A DNA stretch of 64,000 bases. It comes from Nanobdellota archaeon. Its GTDB lineage: Archaea > Nanobdellota > Nanobdellia > Pacearchaeales > GW2011-AR1. Below are positions 46,491 through 55,926 of the stretch, piece after piece. The position numbers were made by a program, and so were the translations under genes. Below the pieces are notes generated by a model. That model worked only from the letters and a program-made list of their open reading frames with translations, did no database searches and was not told the origin of the DNA. The stretch lies in assembly GCA_038044985.1 (NCBI GenBank), contig JBBSYY010000012.1, positions 5,973 to 69,972 of the forward strand, in the 5' to 3' direction. Numbering within the stretch: position 1 is the stretch's first letter; each line of letters starts with the position of its first letter.

Positions 46491-48410
46491 TTATTTTGTG
46501 CTTTCAACTCTTTCCCAAGAATCTGAATGTCTCTTTTGAAGTACTTTAGAATTAAAAATAACATAAGACCACATAAATAGTCTTGCAAATAATAAGTTAA
46601 CCCCCCATAAAAATTCTTTTAAATTAGCTGGATAAGAAAATAAATTTAAAGCTCCTTTAGTTTCATTATAAAAAGTTTTGCTTCTTGGGGTTATATCTAT
46701 ATCTACATAATCACCTAAGTTCTCGTGGGCGAGACTTGTTCTAACTTTTTGTTTTAGCCATTCTTCTAAGTTATTGACGTTTTTAACAAAAACTTTTGCT
46801 TTTTCAGCATAAGCTATTTTGTACCCTTTTTCCCAGAACATATAAGGAACTATTGTATCTTCTGCCGTATCTAGGGGGAAGGAGTTAATAACATTATTTC
46901 TAAATGCAAATAAATATCCTGAACACTCTAAAAATCTGTTTTCTTTAAAAGCTTGTTTTCTCATCTTATGAGCATGTTCAAAAAGAAAATTTGCCCAGTA
47001 GCCGTATTTTGTTTCTCTGGATTCTTCTGGCACTGGCCTTCCTGCCACGCAACCAATAGAGGAATCATTAAATAATTTTATTATCTCATTTATTGCATTA
47101 TCATCCAGATAAACATCCCCATCTGTAAAAATTAAAATTCCTTCATTAATAGTTGGTAATAAAAGATTTAAAGCTAGACTTTTTCCTTTTCCAGGGTCTT
47201 TAAATAAAGAAATTTTTTTATATTTTTCAGAATATTTTCTGACTACATCTTGAGTTTCTTTATCTGGGGCAGATACTATAATATGAAAAGGATGGTCGAT
47301 TTTTTGATTTAAAATAGATTCAATAGCCATTTCTATTTTAGGTTCTTTATAAGAAGTTATTACAATGGCAAGAGAAACCTTGCTTAATTCTTCTAATGCT
47401 TTTATAACTTCTTCTAAAGAAATTTTTTCCATGCTTTTACAATCTTTTTGCATGCATTCAGAACAATCTGATTTGGCCAATATTATTTTTCCATGCCCAA
47501 ATGTTTCTTTTTCATTTTTTGGAGTTGGTCCTATTAGGCATATATTTTTCTTTTTTAAGGCAAGAGCTATATGAAGTCCAAGTGAATCGGTTGCTATAAC
47601 ATAATTACAAACACTAATTAATGCTGGAAAATCTATTAAATCGTTTCCTGTTCCTGCATCAATTACGGGAGAATTAGACAGAGACATTATCTCTTTATTT
47701 CTTTCTACTTCATTTGAACCTCCAAATAAAATAATTTTGCATTTAAATTTTTTATAAATTTTATCAATAAGTTTTGCGCTCAAATCAATAGGAAGTGATT
47801 TAGGCCAGCGGTCAGCTCCTCCAAGAACTAATCCTAGAACAATTTCATTGCCTATATTATATCTTTTTTTAAATTCTTCAGCTTTTTTTATTTGATAATT
47901 GCTAAGCCTTAAAAAAGGCTCGTATTTTTTCCAGTTTTTAATTTCTACAACTTCTGACATTAATTGTCTATGAGTTTTTTTGCAGGTTCTTTTAAGGTAG
48001 TCATTCTTAGAAATTTTACCAAGCTCTGAATCTATTATAGTTTTGTCTCCTAATAAACTCATATCATACCATTCTTTTGCTGTCTGGCTTGGAACAATCT
48101 TATTGTCCATCAAAAAAAAACCCAGCTTTTTACATTTAAAATAAGAGATTAACTCTGAATAAATTCTATCTTCTTCTAGATTTATTATAAGATCAAAGCT
48201 CTCTTTTTTTAAATTCTCCCTGTTAAATTCAGAATCTATTATCACTTTTTCAATATAAAGATTATTAATAAAAAGAGGTTTTGCTTTTTTGTCTGTAAGC
48301 CAAAAAATTCTTGGATTAAACTTCTTGTATTTATCTCTTAAAGCTTGAGCTATAAAACTTGTTCTAACAACGTCTCCTAGAGCTCCTATTTTTATAATTA
48401 GAATTTTCAT
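46491..48410 (-). CDS. Fusion protein: GT9 (heptosyltransferase-like) N-terminal domain plus GT2 C-terminal domain
   Basis: MKILIIKIGALGDVVRTS is a classic GT9 start. The C-terminal half has LAIVITSYKEP... and FTDGDV (DxD), typical of GT2. Confidence 0.7.
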   Translation of the reverse strand: MKILIIKIGALGDVVRTSFIAQALRDKYKKFNPRIFWLTDKKAKPLFINNLYIEKVIIDSEFNRENLKKESFDLIINLEEDRIYSELISYFKCKKLGFFLMDNKIVPSQTAKEWYDMSLLGDKTIIDSELGKISKNDYLKRTCKKTHRQLMSEVVEIKNWKKYEPFLRLSNYQIKKAEEFKKRYNIGNEIVLGLVLGGADRWPKSLPIDLSAKLIDKIYKKFKCKIILFGGSNEVERNKEIMSLSNSPVIDAGTGNDLIDFPALISVCNYVIATDSLGLHIALALKKKNICLIGPTPKNEKETFGHGKIILAKSDCSECMQKDCKSMEKISLEEVIKALEELSKVSLAIVITSYKEPKIEMAIESILNQKIDHPFHIIVSAPDKETQDVVRKYSEKYKKISLFKDPGKGKSLALNLLLPTINEGILIFTDGDVYLDDNAINEIIKLFNDSSIGCVAGRPVPEESRETKYGYWANFLFEHAHKMRKQAFKENRFLECSGYLFAFRNNVINSFPLDTAEDTIVPYMFWEKGYKIAYAEKAKVFVKNVNNLEEWLKQKVRTSLAHENLGDYVDIDITPRSKTFYNETKGALNLFSYPANLKEFLWGVNLLFARLFMWSYVIFNSKVLQKRHSDSWERVESTK

Positions 48411-49588
48411 TTTATTTTTACCAGCTTCTCATACTCTTTCATATATTTTTTATAAATAATATCCCAATCATAATTTTTTGATTTTTCTATATTTTTTTTA
48501 GCTATTTCCTCCATTAATTTTTTATTGTTAATCAAATAAAGAATTTTTTCTTCTAATTTTTCAACATCTCCATAGCTAACAAAAAATCCATTTTCAGGTT
48601 CTTTCATTTCATAAGGAACTCCATTAACTGGAGAGGCAATTATTGGAAGCCCTGAAGCCATTGCTTCAAATAAAGTTAAAGGCAACCCTTCTCTATAACT
48701 TGGCAGAACATAAATATTTGCTGCTTGGTACATTTCAGCAATTTTTTCTTTTCCCCTTATAGGCCCTAAATATTGCATATTTTCATAATTTTTTATTAAG
48801 CTCTTAATTTCTTCTGCTTTACCTTCATCAGGTCCAACCCAAATAAAAGCTATATCTTTTCTTTTTTTTGTTATGTTAATAGCTGCTTTTGCTAACATCT
48901 CAGGCCCTTTTGTTGGATTTAGTCTTCCAAAAAATAAAATTAAGTATTTTTCTTTAATACTATAATTTTTTTTAAAATTGTTGTTAACTATTTTTTTAAA
49001 TAATATTTTATCTGTTCCGTTGGGAATAACAAGTATTTTATTCCGGTTTTTTTTATCTACATGTTTATTCAAAATATCTAATTCCCAGGGCGTTAATGCA
49101 ATTATTTTATCAATCATATTAAAAGATAGTTTATTAAAAATTAAATCATTTATAAACAAAAATGGCTTTAAAATTTTAGGCCTGAAAGAAGCATCTGTCC
49201 AAGGACAGTGGGTTGTATGAATATGTTTAAAGCCTTTTATTCTTGACAGCAATCCTATAATTAAAACATATAAATGTCCTGAAACATGGCTATGAACAAT
49301 ATCAAACTTTACATTATTTTCATCAAATCTCAATAACAAAGATGGCCAGATAAAAGTATTTAAAGATAACCTAGCAATATAAGGCAATCTATGAACATGA
49401 ACTCCTTCTAATATTTCTTCTTTTATTTTTATTCTTGAATTTTTATCTGAATCACAACAAAAAACATGAACTTCATGGCCTTCTTTAACTTGCCTTTGTG
49501 CAAGCTCATAAATAACTTGTTCTACTCCTCCAAAAGTGGGCAGATAAAACATATTTACATGACAAATTTTTAGTTTCAGAAATTTCAT
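48407..49588 (-). CDS. GT4-family (group 1) glycosyltransferase
   Basis: EGLPLTLFEAMASGLPIIAS (E-x7-E) motif; 4-nt overlap with the downstream GT9-GT2 gene. Confidence 0.85.
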   Translation of the reverse strand: MKFLKLKICHVNMFYLPTFGGVEQVIYELAQRQVKEGHEVHVFCCDSDKNSRIKIKEEILEGVHVHRLPYIARLSLNTFIWPSLLLRFDENNVKFDIVHSHVSGHLYVLIIGLLSRIKGFKHIHTTHCPWTDASFRPKILKPFLFINDLIFNKLSFNMIDKIIALTPWELDILNKHVDKKNRNKILVIPNGTDKILFKKIVNNNFKKNYSIKEKYLILFFGRLNPTKGPEMLAKAAINITKKRKDIAFIWVGPDEGKAEEIKSLIKNYENMQYLGPIRGKEKIAEMYQAANIYVLPSYREGLPLTLFEAMASGLPIIASPVNGVPYEMKEPENGFFVSYGDVEKLEEKILYLINNKKLMEEIAKKNIEKSKNYDWDIIYKKYMKEYEKLVKIK

Positions 49589-49635
49589 TGTGAAATGAGG
49601 ATTTGAAAATCCTTGATTTCCATTATTTTCATTGT

Positions 49636-51846
49636 TTATTCAACAAAAACTTTCTCTCCATTTTTAATTTTATCAATTATTATTTTTGAAATTTTTGGTC
49701 TCATAAACCAATTAGGAATCGGCTTTCCTGCTTGTAAAAGTTTTCTAATTTCGGTTCCTGAAATATTCATTTTATAATCTTCTGGATGATCCACAAAATC
49801 TAATTCATGAACATATTTATTTTCCAGATTAGAGTAGAATACATTGCCAAACTTTATCGGAATTATTCCAAGCTCTTCTTGATTAAATTTATCAAAAATT
49901 TCATGTGAGGATTTAGGGTGGTAAAAATTTCCTACGCCCGTGTGATCTCTCCCAACAATAAAATGAGAACATCCAAAATTTTTTCTTACTAAAGCAGTGA
50001 ATAAAGCTTCTCTTGGACCAGCATACCTAGAATGTGTTAAAAAAGTTCCCATAACTACTTTTGATTTTGGATATAAGTTCATCATCTCTTCATAAGTTTT
50101 TATTATAATATGCGGTTGAAAATCACCAGATTTTTTACTTCCAACTACTGGATGAATGAACAAACCATCACAAAGCCCTCTTTTCATTGCTTCAAGCTGA
50201 ATAAATTCATGACTTCTGTGTATTACATTTCTTGTGTGAAAACCGACTACTTTACTCCAACCCCTCTCTGAAAAAATTTTTCTTGTTTGATTGGGAGTAA
50301 ACTCATGAATTCTATAATCAGATATTCTTTTTTTTAATAAGGTTATTCCTCCTCCTAAAAAAAATTCATCGCACTCTAAAAAATTTTTAACCCCGGGATG
50401 AGTGGGGTCTTTTGTTCCATATATTTTATCTACAACTAATTCTTTATCTACTTTATAAATTTCTTTTAAATGTAAAATCCCCCTTATTTCTCCATTTTTG
50501 GTTAAAGCTATGTTTTCTCCCTCAATAAGGCTACTTTTTACATCTTCATTAACGGCCAAAAAAATTGGCAGTGGCCAAATAATATTGTTAGTTAACCTCA
50601 TATCATTTATAACAGAATTAAAATCCTTAGAGTCCATAAACCCATCTAATGGGCTAAAAGCTCCTATAGCTAAGTTTTCTAAATCCATTAAAGTTTCTTC
50701 ATTTATTTCTATTTTTTTTATCGGCAGAGGCCCTTTATAATTTGGGTTAAACCTATTTATTAATACCCCCCCATGCGGTTTAATAAGCAATTCTGGAAAG
50801 TTATCTGATTCTAAATAATTTATTTTTTCTATTTTTTCAATAATATTTTCTCCTTGTTCTTTGTTTAATAATTCTATCTGATTAAATAGGTTTAGTAAAA
50901 TATTTACTGTTTCAACAGGATATTTTCCAATTGCAGTTTCTTTTGTTAAAGCAATTCCTGTTGCTCCATCTAAGATGCTATTTATGATATCGTTGACCTC
51001 TGCTTTATTAGGTTTTAGAGCAAAAGCCATTTGCTCTAAAGTGTTTGTAGCTATAAATGCTTCTTTTCCAAACTCTTTAACTTTTTTTAAAATTAATTTT
51101 TGGGCAAATGGAATTTTTTCTAGAGGAATTTGAGTTCCTAAGTCGCCCCTATCTATAAGAATTCCATCTGAAACTTTAGTTATTTCTAAAAAATTTTTCA
51201 GGCCTTTTTTAGATTCAATTTTGGAGTATACAATTGAATTAGGATAAATTTGTTTAAATTTAATCACGCTTTCTGGAGATTCCATAAAAGACAAAGTGAA
51301 GTGCAATATTCCATATTTTTTTGCTAATTCTATAGCCTTATAATCTTTCTTGCTAAAAGGAGATAACGAGAATGTTTGACTATCAATATGAACTGCTTTT
51401 CTAGCTCCAATTAATCCGCCAATTATGGCCTTACATGATATATATCCATTTTCTTTTGTTGTAGTGTCAAAAACCCTTAATAAAAGAGAATTAAAATCTA
51501 TAGAAATTAAATCGCCGACTTCTAAACCCCTAATAATTCCTTCTGGACTTAAGAATATTTTATTAGAGTCACATTTTACCCTACTAGAAAATAGTTTAAT
51601 AATCTCTCCTTCTCTTAAAAAAAGATCCTCAATGTTGCCAGATCTTATCTGTGAACCTTCTGTGTCTAATATTATAGAGGGCCCGTAACCTAAAAGATCT
51701 TTTATTCTTTGATCTATATCATCTTCTTCGGTATGAGATAAATTTATCCTAAAAAAATCAACTCCCCTGTCTTTAAATCTTTCTAAAATTTCTGGATAAT
51801 TTGAACTAGGTCCAATAGTACATATAATTTTCACTTTTTTTAGCAT
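49636..51846 (-). CDS. Fusion protein: pyruvate-kinase-like barrel domain (N) plus sulfate adenylyltransferase / ATP sulfurylase (C)
   Basis: N-terminal half: KIICTIGPSS, RINLSH, ILDTEGSQIR, IDRGDLG and TKETAIGKYP, matching the pyruvate kinase catalytic core. C-terminal half: PHGGVL, FSPLDGFM, GFHTRNVIHRSHE and VGRDHTGVG, matching ATP sulfurylase signatures. Confidence 0.8.
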   Translation of the reverse strand: MLKKVKIICTIGPSSNYPEILERFKDRGVDFFRINLSHTEEDDIDQRIKDLLGYGPSIILDTEGSQIRSGNIEDLFLREGEIIKLFSSRVKCDSNKIFLSPEGIIRGLEVGDLISIDFNSLLLRVFDTTTKENGYISCKAIIGGLIGARKAVHIDSQTFSLSPFSKKDYKAIELAKKYGILHFTLSFMESPESVIKFKQIYPNSIVYSKIESKKGLKNFLEITKVSDGILIDRGDLGTQIPLEKIPFAQKLILKKVKEFGKEAFIATNTLEQMAFALKPNKAEVNDIINSILDGATGIALTKETAIGKYPVETVNILLNLFNQIELLNKEQGENIIEKIEKINYLESDNFPELLIKPHGGVLINRFNPNYKGPLPIKKIEINEETLMDLENLAIGAFSPLDGFMDSKDFNSVINDMRLTNNIIWPLPIFLAVNEDVKSSLIEGENIALTKNGEIRGILHLKEIYKVDKELVVDKIYGTKDPTHPGVKNFLECDEFFLGGGITLLKKRISDYRIHEFTPNQTRKIFSERGWSKVVGFHTRNVIHRSHEFIQLEAMKRGLCDGLFIHPVVGSKKSGDFQPHIIIKTYEEMMNLYPKSKVVMGTFLTHSRYAGPREALFTALVRKNFGCSHFIVGRDHTGVGNFYHPKSSHEIFDKFNQEELGIIPIKFGNVFYSNLENKYVHELDFVDHPEDYKMNISGTEIRKLLQAGKPIPNWFMRPKISKIIIDKIKNGEKVFVE

Positions 51847-51926
51847 TTTTTTAATATATTTAACTGATTTAAATACATTGTTATACTTGATGCTAGATTT
51901 ATAAAATAGGTATAGTAATTATTATA

Positions 51927-52832
51927 ATGGAAGAAATAGACTTTATAGGAATAGGAGCCGGGAGATCTGGAACTACGTGGATAGTGAATATTCTCTCAAA
52001 ACATCCACAAATATGTTGTCCATATATAGGAAAACTAAATTATTTTTCTGCCACTAGACCATATAATAAAACATCAGAATATGATAAAAGAGGGATTAAA
52101 GGATATCTTGACTTATTTAAAAGTTGCAAAAAAGGACAAGTGAGAGGAGAGTTCAGTTCATATTATATGGTTAATCCAAAAATTGCTAAAATAATTAAAA
52201 AACATTTCCCAAATGTTAAAATATGGGCTTGTTTAAGAGAGCCTATTGAAAGAGCTTATTCTGACTGGCTTGCATTTAAAAGATTTAAGCTAAAAGAAAA
52301 AGATAGTTTTAAAGTTGCATTTTTTAAAGAACAAACTGGGCTTTATCCAAATGGCGATGGTTATAGGCACAGAGGATTTTATTACAAACAATTAAAGTCC
52401 TATTTTGCTTTATTTCCAAAAAAGAACATTAAAATAATACTATATGACGATATTGTAAAAAATCCTGAAAAAGTTGCAAGAGAGTTTTATGATTTTTTAG
52501 GAGTAGACAGTAATTATAAACCTAAAAATTTAAAAGAAAAACCGGCTAAATCTACTGAAACTAGATTTAAATTTATCAGAAGTATTATAACCTTTTTGTC
52601 AGAAATTTCTCATAAATTAGAAGAAAGTAATTTTGGAGCGATTATTTTTTTAATAAAAAGAAAAACAAAAATTAATGAATTATTTAATAAAATAAATGAC
52701 ATTAATGTTAAGGAATCTAAAAAACCGAAGTTAGAATCAGAGGTTAGGGAAAGACTGAAAAAGGTATATATAAAAGATATAGAGAAACTAGAAAAATTAA
52801 TTAGTAGGGATTTAAGTTCATGGAAAAAATAA
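51927..52832 (+). CDS. PAPS-dependent sulfotransferase-family protein
   Basis: IGAGRSGTTW (5'-phosphosulfate-binding loop) and CLREPIERAYS (3'-phosphate-binding motif). Confidence 0.75.
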   Translation: MEEIDFIGIGAGRSGTTWIVNILSKHPQICCPYIGKLNYFSATRPYNKTSEYDKRGIKGYLDLFKSCKKGQVRGEFSSYYMVNPKIAKIIKKHFPNVKIWACLREPIERAYSDWLAFKRFKLKEKDSFKVAFFKEQTGLYPNGDGYRHRGFYYKQLKSYFALFPKKNIKIILYDDIVKNPEKVAREFYDFLGVDSNYKPKNLKEKPAKSTETRFKFIRSIITFLSEISHKLEESNFGAIIFLIKRKTKINELFNKINDINVKESKKPKLESEVRERLKKVYIKDIEKLEKLISRDLSSWKK

Positions 52833-53024
52833 AATTACACTATTCATGAAATTTATAATCAATAAATAAGAAATATCATGATATTTAAAAAACAACAATA
52901 TCAGTAGTAATTCCTGTTTACAAACCATAAAAAAAAGAACCGTAATCATATTCTTCGTAAGAAGATTTCCATAAAGATTCTTCTAATTTATTTCTCCAGT
53001 TTTCCATTCTATTAAAATTATTAT

Positions 53025-53453
53025 TTAAATTTTCCAGATATTTCCAAAATAATAGGGATTCCTATCTAAAGTATCTGTGTCTTTTGGATTATAGAGCTTA
53101 TCCATGGTGTATAAGATAATTGCTTCACTATTGCCAAGAACTTTATACCCATGCCATATGCCTGGAGGAGTTTTGATTAATATTCTATTACTAACTCCTA
53201 TTTGAAATTTTTTAATTAATGAACTTCCTTTAATTTCTTTTATAGCTACATAAAGAATAGTTCCGTTTATACAAGTAGTGTATTCTGTCTGTTTCTTATG
53301 AAAATGTAAGCCTTTAATACTTCCTGGATTAACAATAGAAACTAAATTTTGTCCAAATTTTCCTTCGAAAATAGAATCATCTGACCTTAAAACTTCAAAA
53401 AGTTCTCCTTCATGATCTATAAATGGTTTTAACTTTTTAAATTCAATTTCCAT
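53025..53453 (-). CDS. RmlC-like cupin (NDP-sugar 3,5-epimerase / ketoisomerase-like)
   Basis: The KGLHFHKKQTEY...PPGIWHGY pattern resembles dTDP-4-dehydrorhamnose 3,5-epimerase-type cupins. Confidence 0.55.
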   Translation of the reverse strand: MEIEFKKLKPFIDHEGELFEVLRSDDSIFEGKFGQNLVSIVNPGSIKGLHFHKKQTEYTTCINGTILYVAIKEIKGSSLIKKFQIGVSNRILIKTPPGIWHGYKVLGNSEAIILYTMDKLYNPKDTDTLDRNPYYFGNIWKI

Positions 53454-53586
53454 TTTTAAGTTTTATTAGTCTTTTAATAAAAGTAATTAGATAATCCAAT
53501 AGTGTAAACTAGATTCATAATCTATCTCTCTTTTTTAATTTTTCTATTTTTTTTATTTACTGATCTTTTTATGAATTATTTATTTT

Positions 53587-54834
53587 TTATTCTGAATATT
53601 CCAATATTCTAGGTTCTGGGAGATGAACAATAAACCTTCCTCCTCTTTTCAAGAATTCTTGTTCTTTTTCCATAATTTCTTCTACATGATTCCAAGCAAA
53701 TAAGATAGCATAATCTGCATTATCATTATGAAAAACTTCTGGAGAAACTATAGGGATATGTTTTCCTGGTGTGTAAAGTCCTTGTTTATAAAGAGTTGAA
53801 TCAGAAACATAATCAATTATTTCTGGACCCAGATTACAATAATTCTGAACAATTGTTCCTTTTGAAGCAGCGCCATAACTTACAATTTTTTTGCCTTGTT
53901 TTTTAAAATTTATAATTAAACTAACAAATTTTTCTTTATTTGCTTCAATTCTTTTTACAAATTCAAGATAGGGTTTTATTGTATTTATTTCTTTTTGTTT
54001 TTCTTTTTCTAAATAATTTTTTAATCTTTCTGACTTTTCATAATTATTTTTTCTTGCGATATAAACTCTCATTGAACCTCCATGTACCTCTTGTTTTTTT
54101 GCATCAAAAATCTCCATATCATATATAGGAAATAATTTTGATAATGATGACAAAGAAAAATACCAGATATGTTCGTCATATATTTGGTCATAAGAATTTT
54201 TTTCTAGAATATCCAATAAGTACGGGTCTTCTGTTATAAAAACTCCTTTTTCGTCTAGTAACTCTTGTACTCCTTTCACAAAATCATGTATATCGATTAT
54301 ATTCAAAAAAACATTTGTTGAGATTACTGCTCTAGCTTTCTTTTCTTTTGCTATTTTTCTTGCTAAGTCCTGGCTAAAAAAATCAGCGATGGTTTCTATA
54401 CTTTGCTTTCTCGCAATTTGTGCTACATTATAAGAAGGTTCTATACCTAAAACATTTTTTCGATCTTCAAATGATTTTAACATAATCCCATCGTTACTCC
54501 CAATTTCTACAACCTTTTTATTCCCTTCTAAAAATCTGCTCTCAACTTCTTCTGCAAATTTTGCAAAATGTTTTTCCATAAATTTAGATGTTGAAGAAAA
54601 AAAAGCATAATTAGTTTTTCCTGTTTCATCAGGAATAATGTACTTATCATATGGAACAAGGTTAATCAATTGAGTCATATAACAACTATGGCAAAAACCT
54701 ACGGCCATTTTGTATGTATATTCTGATTTATCTAAATCTTCATTTTTTAAAAAGGCATTTGCAGCCGGCATATCTCCGAAGTTAATAAATTCTTCAAGAG
54801 TTTTTCTATTACAAACCTTACATTCAATTTTCAT
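53587..54834 (-). CDS. NDP-hexose C-methyltransferase-like (Zn-binding N-domain, class I MTase, C-methyltransferase C-domain)
   Basis: The CKVCNRKTLEEFINFGDMPAANAFL start and VVEIGSNDG motif I match the TylCIII/NovU-type architecture. Confidence 0.6.
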   Translation of the reverse strand: MKIECKVCNRKTLEEFINFGDMPAANAFLKNEDLDKSEYTYKMAVGFCHSCYMTQLINLVPYDKYIIPDETGKTNYAFFSSTSKFMEKHFAKFAEEVESRFLEGNKKVVEIGSNDGIMLKSFEDRKNVLGIEPSYNVAQIARKQSIETIADFFSQDLARKIAKEKKARAVISTNVFLNIIDIHDFVKGVQELLDEKGVFITEDPYLLDILEKNSYDQIYDEHIWYFSLSSLSKLFPIYDMEIFDAKKQEVHGGSMRVYIARKNNYEKSERLKNYLEKEKQKEINTIKPYLEFVKRIEANKEKFVSLIINFKKQGKKIVSYGAASKGTIVQNYCNLGPEIIDYVSDSTLYKQGLYTPGKHIPIVSPEVFHNDNADYAILFAWNHVEEIMEKEQEFLKRGGRFIVHLPEPRILEYSE

Positions 54835-54951
54835 AAAAAAGTTATTTGTAATTCGTTTATATAAATTGTTGTCTTATAGTGTTGTTATTTTATAGCACTA
54901 TATGTTTTAGAGAATAAAAATCTTTATAATGTAAGTTTAATAAAAAAAATC

Positions 54952-55923
54952 ATGGTGGGGAAAAAAGTAATTATAACTGGTGGGTGTGGTTTTTTAGGTA
55001 GTAATTTGTCTAGAAGACTTGTTAATTTAAATTTTAATGTAAGCTTATTTATTAAAAGTGGGCAATCTAAGCAAAATATTAGTAGTATTGAGGATAAACT
55101 TGAAATTATTGAGGGAAATCTGTTAGATGAAGAAAAGGTAAGAATAGTTATCGAAGAGAAGGATTATTTGTTTCATTTTGCCTGGCAAACTGATTTAAAA
55201 AAATCTATGGAAGATCCCTGCAAAGATTTTAAAAATGATTTAGGGGGTTTAATAAATATTTTAGAAAGTTGTAAAAAAATTAATCCTAATATAAAAATTG
55301 TTTTCCCAAGTACTACTACTGTGATAGGATTTCCTAAAAAACTACCTTCAAATGAAAATGAAAATGAAAATCCTAGTTCAATATATGACATAAATAAATT
55401 AACAGCAGAAAAATATTTACGAGTTTATTATGAAACTTATAATATTAAAAGTTGTGTTTTAAGACTGTCTAATGTTTTTGGAGAATATCAAAAAATAGAT
55501 AATCCTAATAGGGGAGTCTTAAATTTTATGATTGGAAAAGCGTTAAAAAATAAGCCTTTGGCAGTTTATGGCGATGGAAAATGGATTAGAGATTATTGTT
55601 ATGTTCAGAATTATATTGATGCTTTTATTTTAGCGGCTGAATCTGAGAATACTAACGGAGAAACTTATGTTTTGGGTTCTGGGTTAGGAAGAAGTTTTAA
55701 TGAAGCCGTTGAAAAAATAAAGGAGATAACTAAAGGATTGATAGGAAAAGAAGTTAATATTAAACATGTTCCATTTCCAGAAAAAGAGCACGAAATAAAT
55801 AAAAGAAATTTTATTGCTGATTATTCGAAATTCTGTCGAGCGACTGGATGGAAACCAAAAATTAGTTTCGATGAAGGAATAAGAAAAACTATAGAATTTT
55901 ATATAAATGAAAAAAATAAATAG
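54952..55923 (+). CDS. NAD-dependent sugar epimerase/dehydratase (extended SDR)
   Basis: TGGCGFLGSNL Rossmann motif and a YxxxK (YDINKLTAEKY) catalytic motif. Confidence 0.8.
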   Translation: MVGKKVIITGGCGFLGSNLSRRLVNLNFNVSLFIKSGQSKQNISSIEDKLEIIEGNLLDEEKVRIVIEEKDYLFHFAWQTDLKKSMEDPCKDFKNDLGGLINILESCKKINPNIKIVFPSTTTVIGFPKKLPSNENENENPSSIYDINKLTAEKYLRVYYETYNIKSCVLRLSNVFGEYQKIDNPNRGVLNFMIGKALKNKPLAVYGDGKWIRDYCYVQNYIDAFILAAESENTNGETYVLGSGLGRSFNEAVEKIKEITKGLIGKEVNIKHVPFPEKEHEINKRNFIADYSKFCRATGWKPKISFDEGIRKTIEFYINEKNK

Positions 55924-55926
55924 AAG

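Noticed and set aside
52918-53007. 29-codon ORF (MENWRNKLEESLWKSSYEEYDYGSFFYGL) just downstream of the cupin gene
   Set aside because: It is too short and has no recognisable family. It may be a remnant of a truncated gene, but that cannot be supported.
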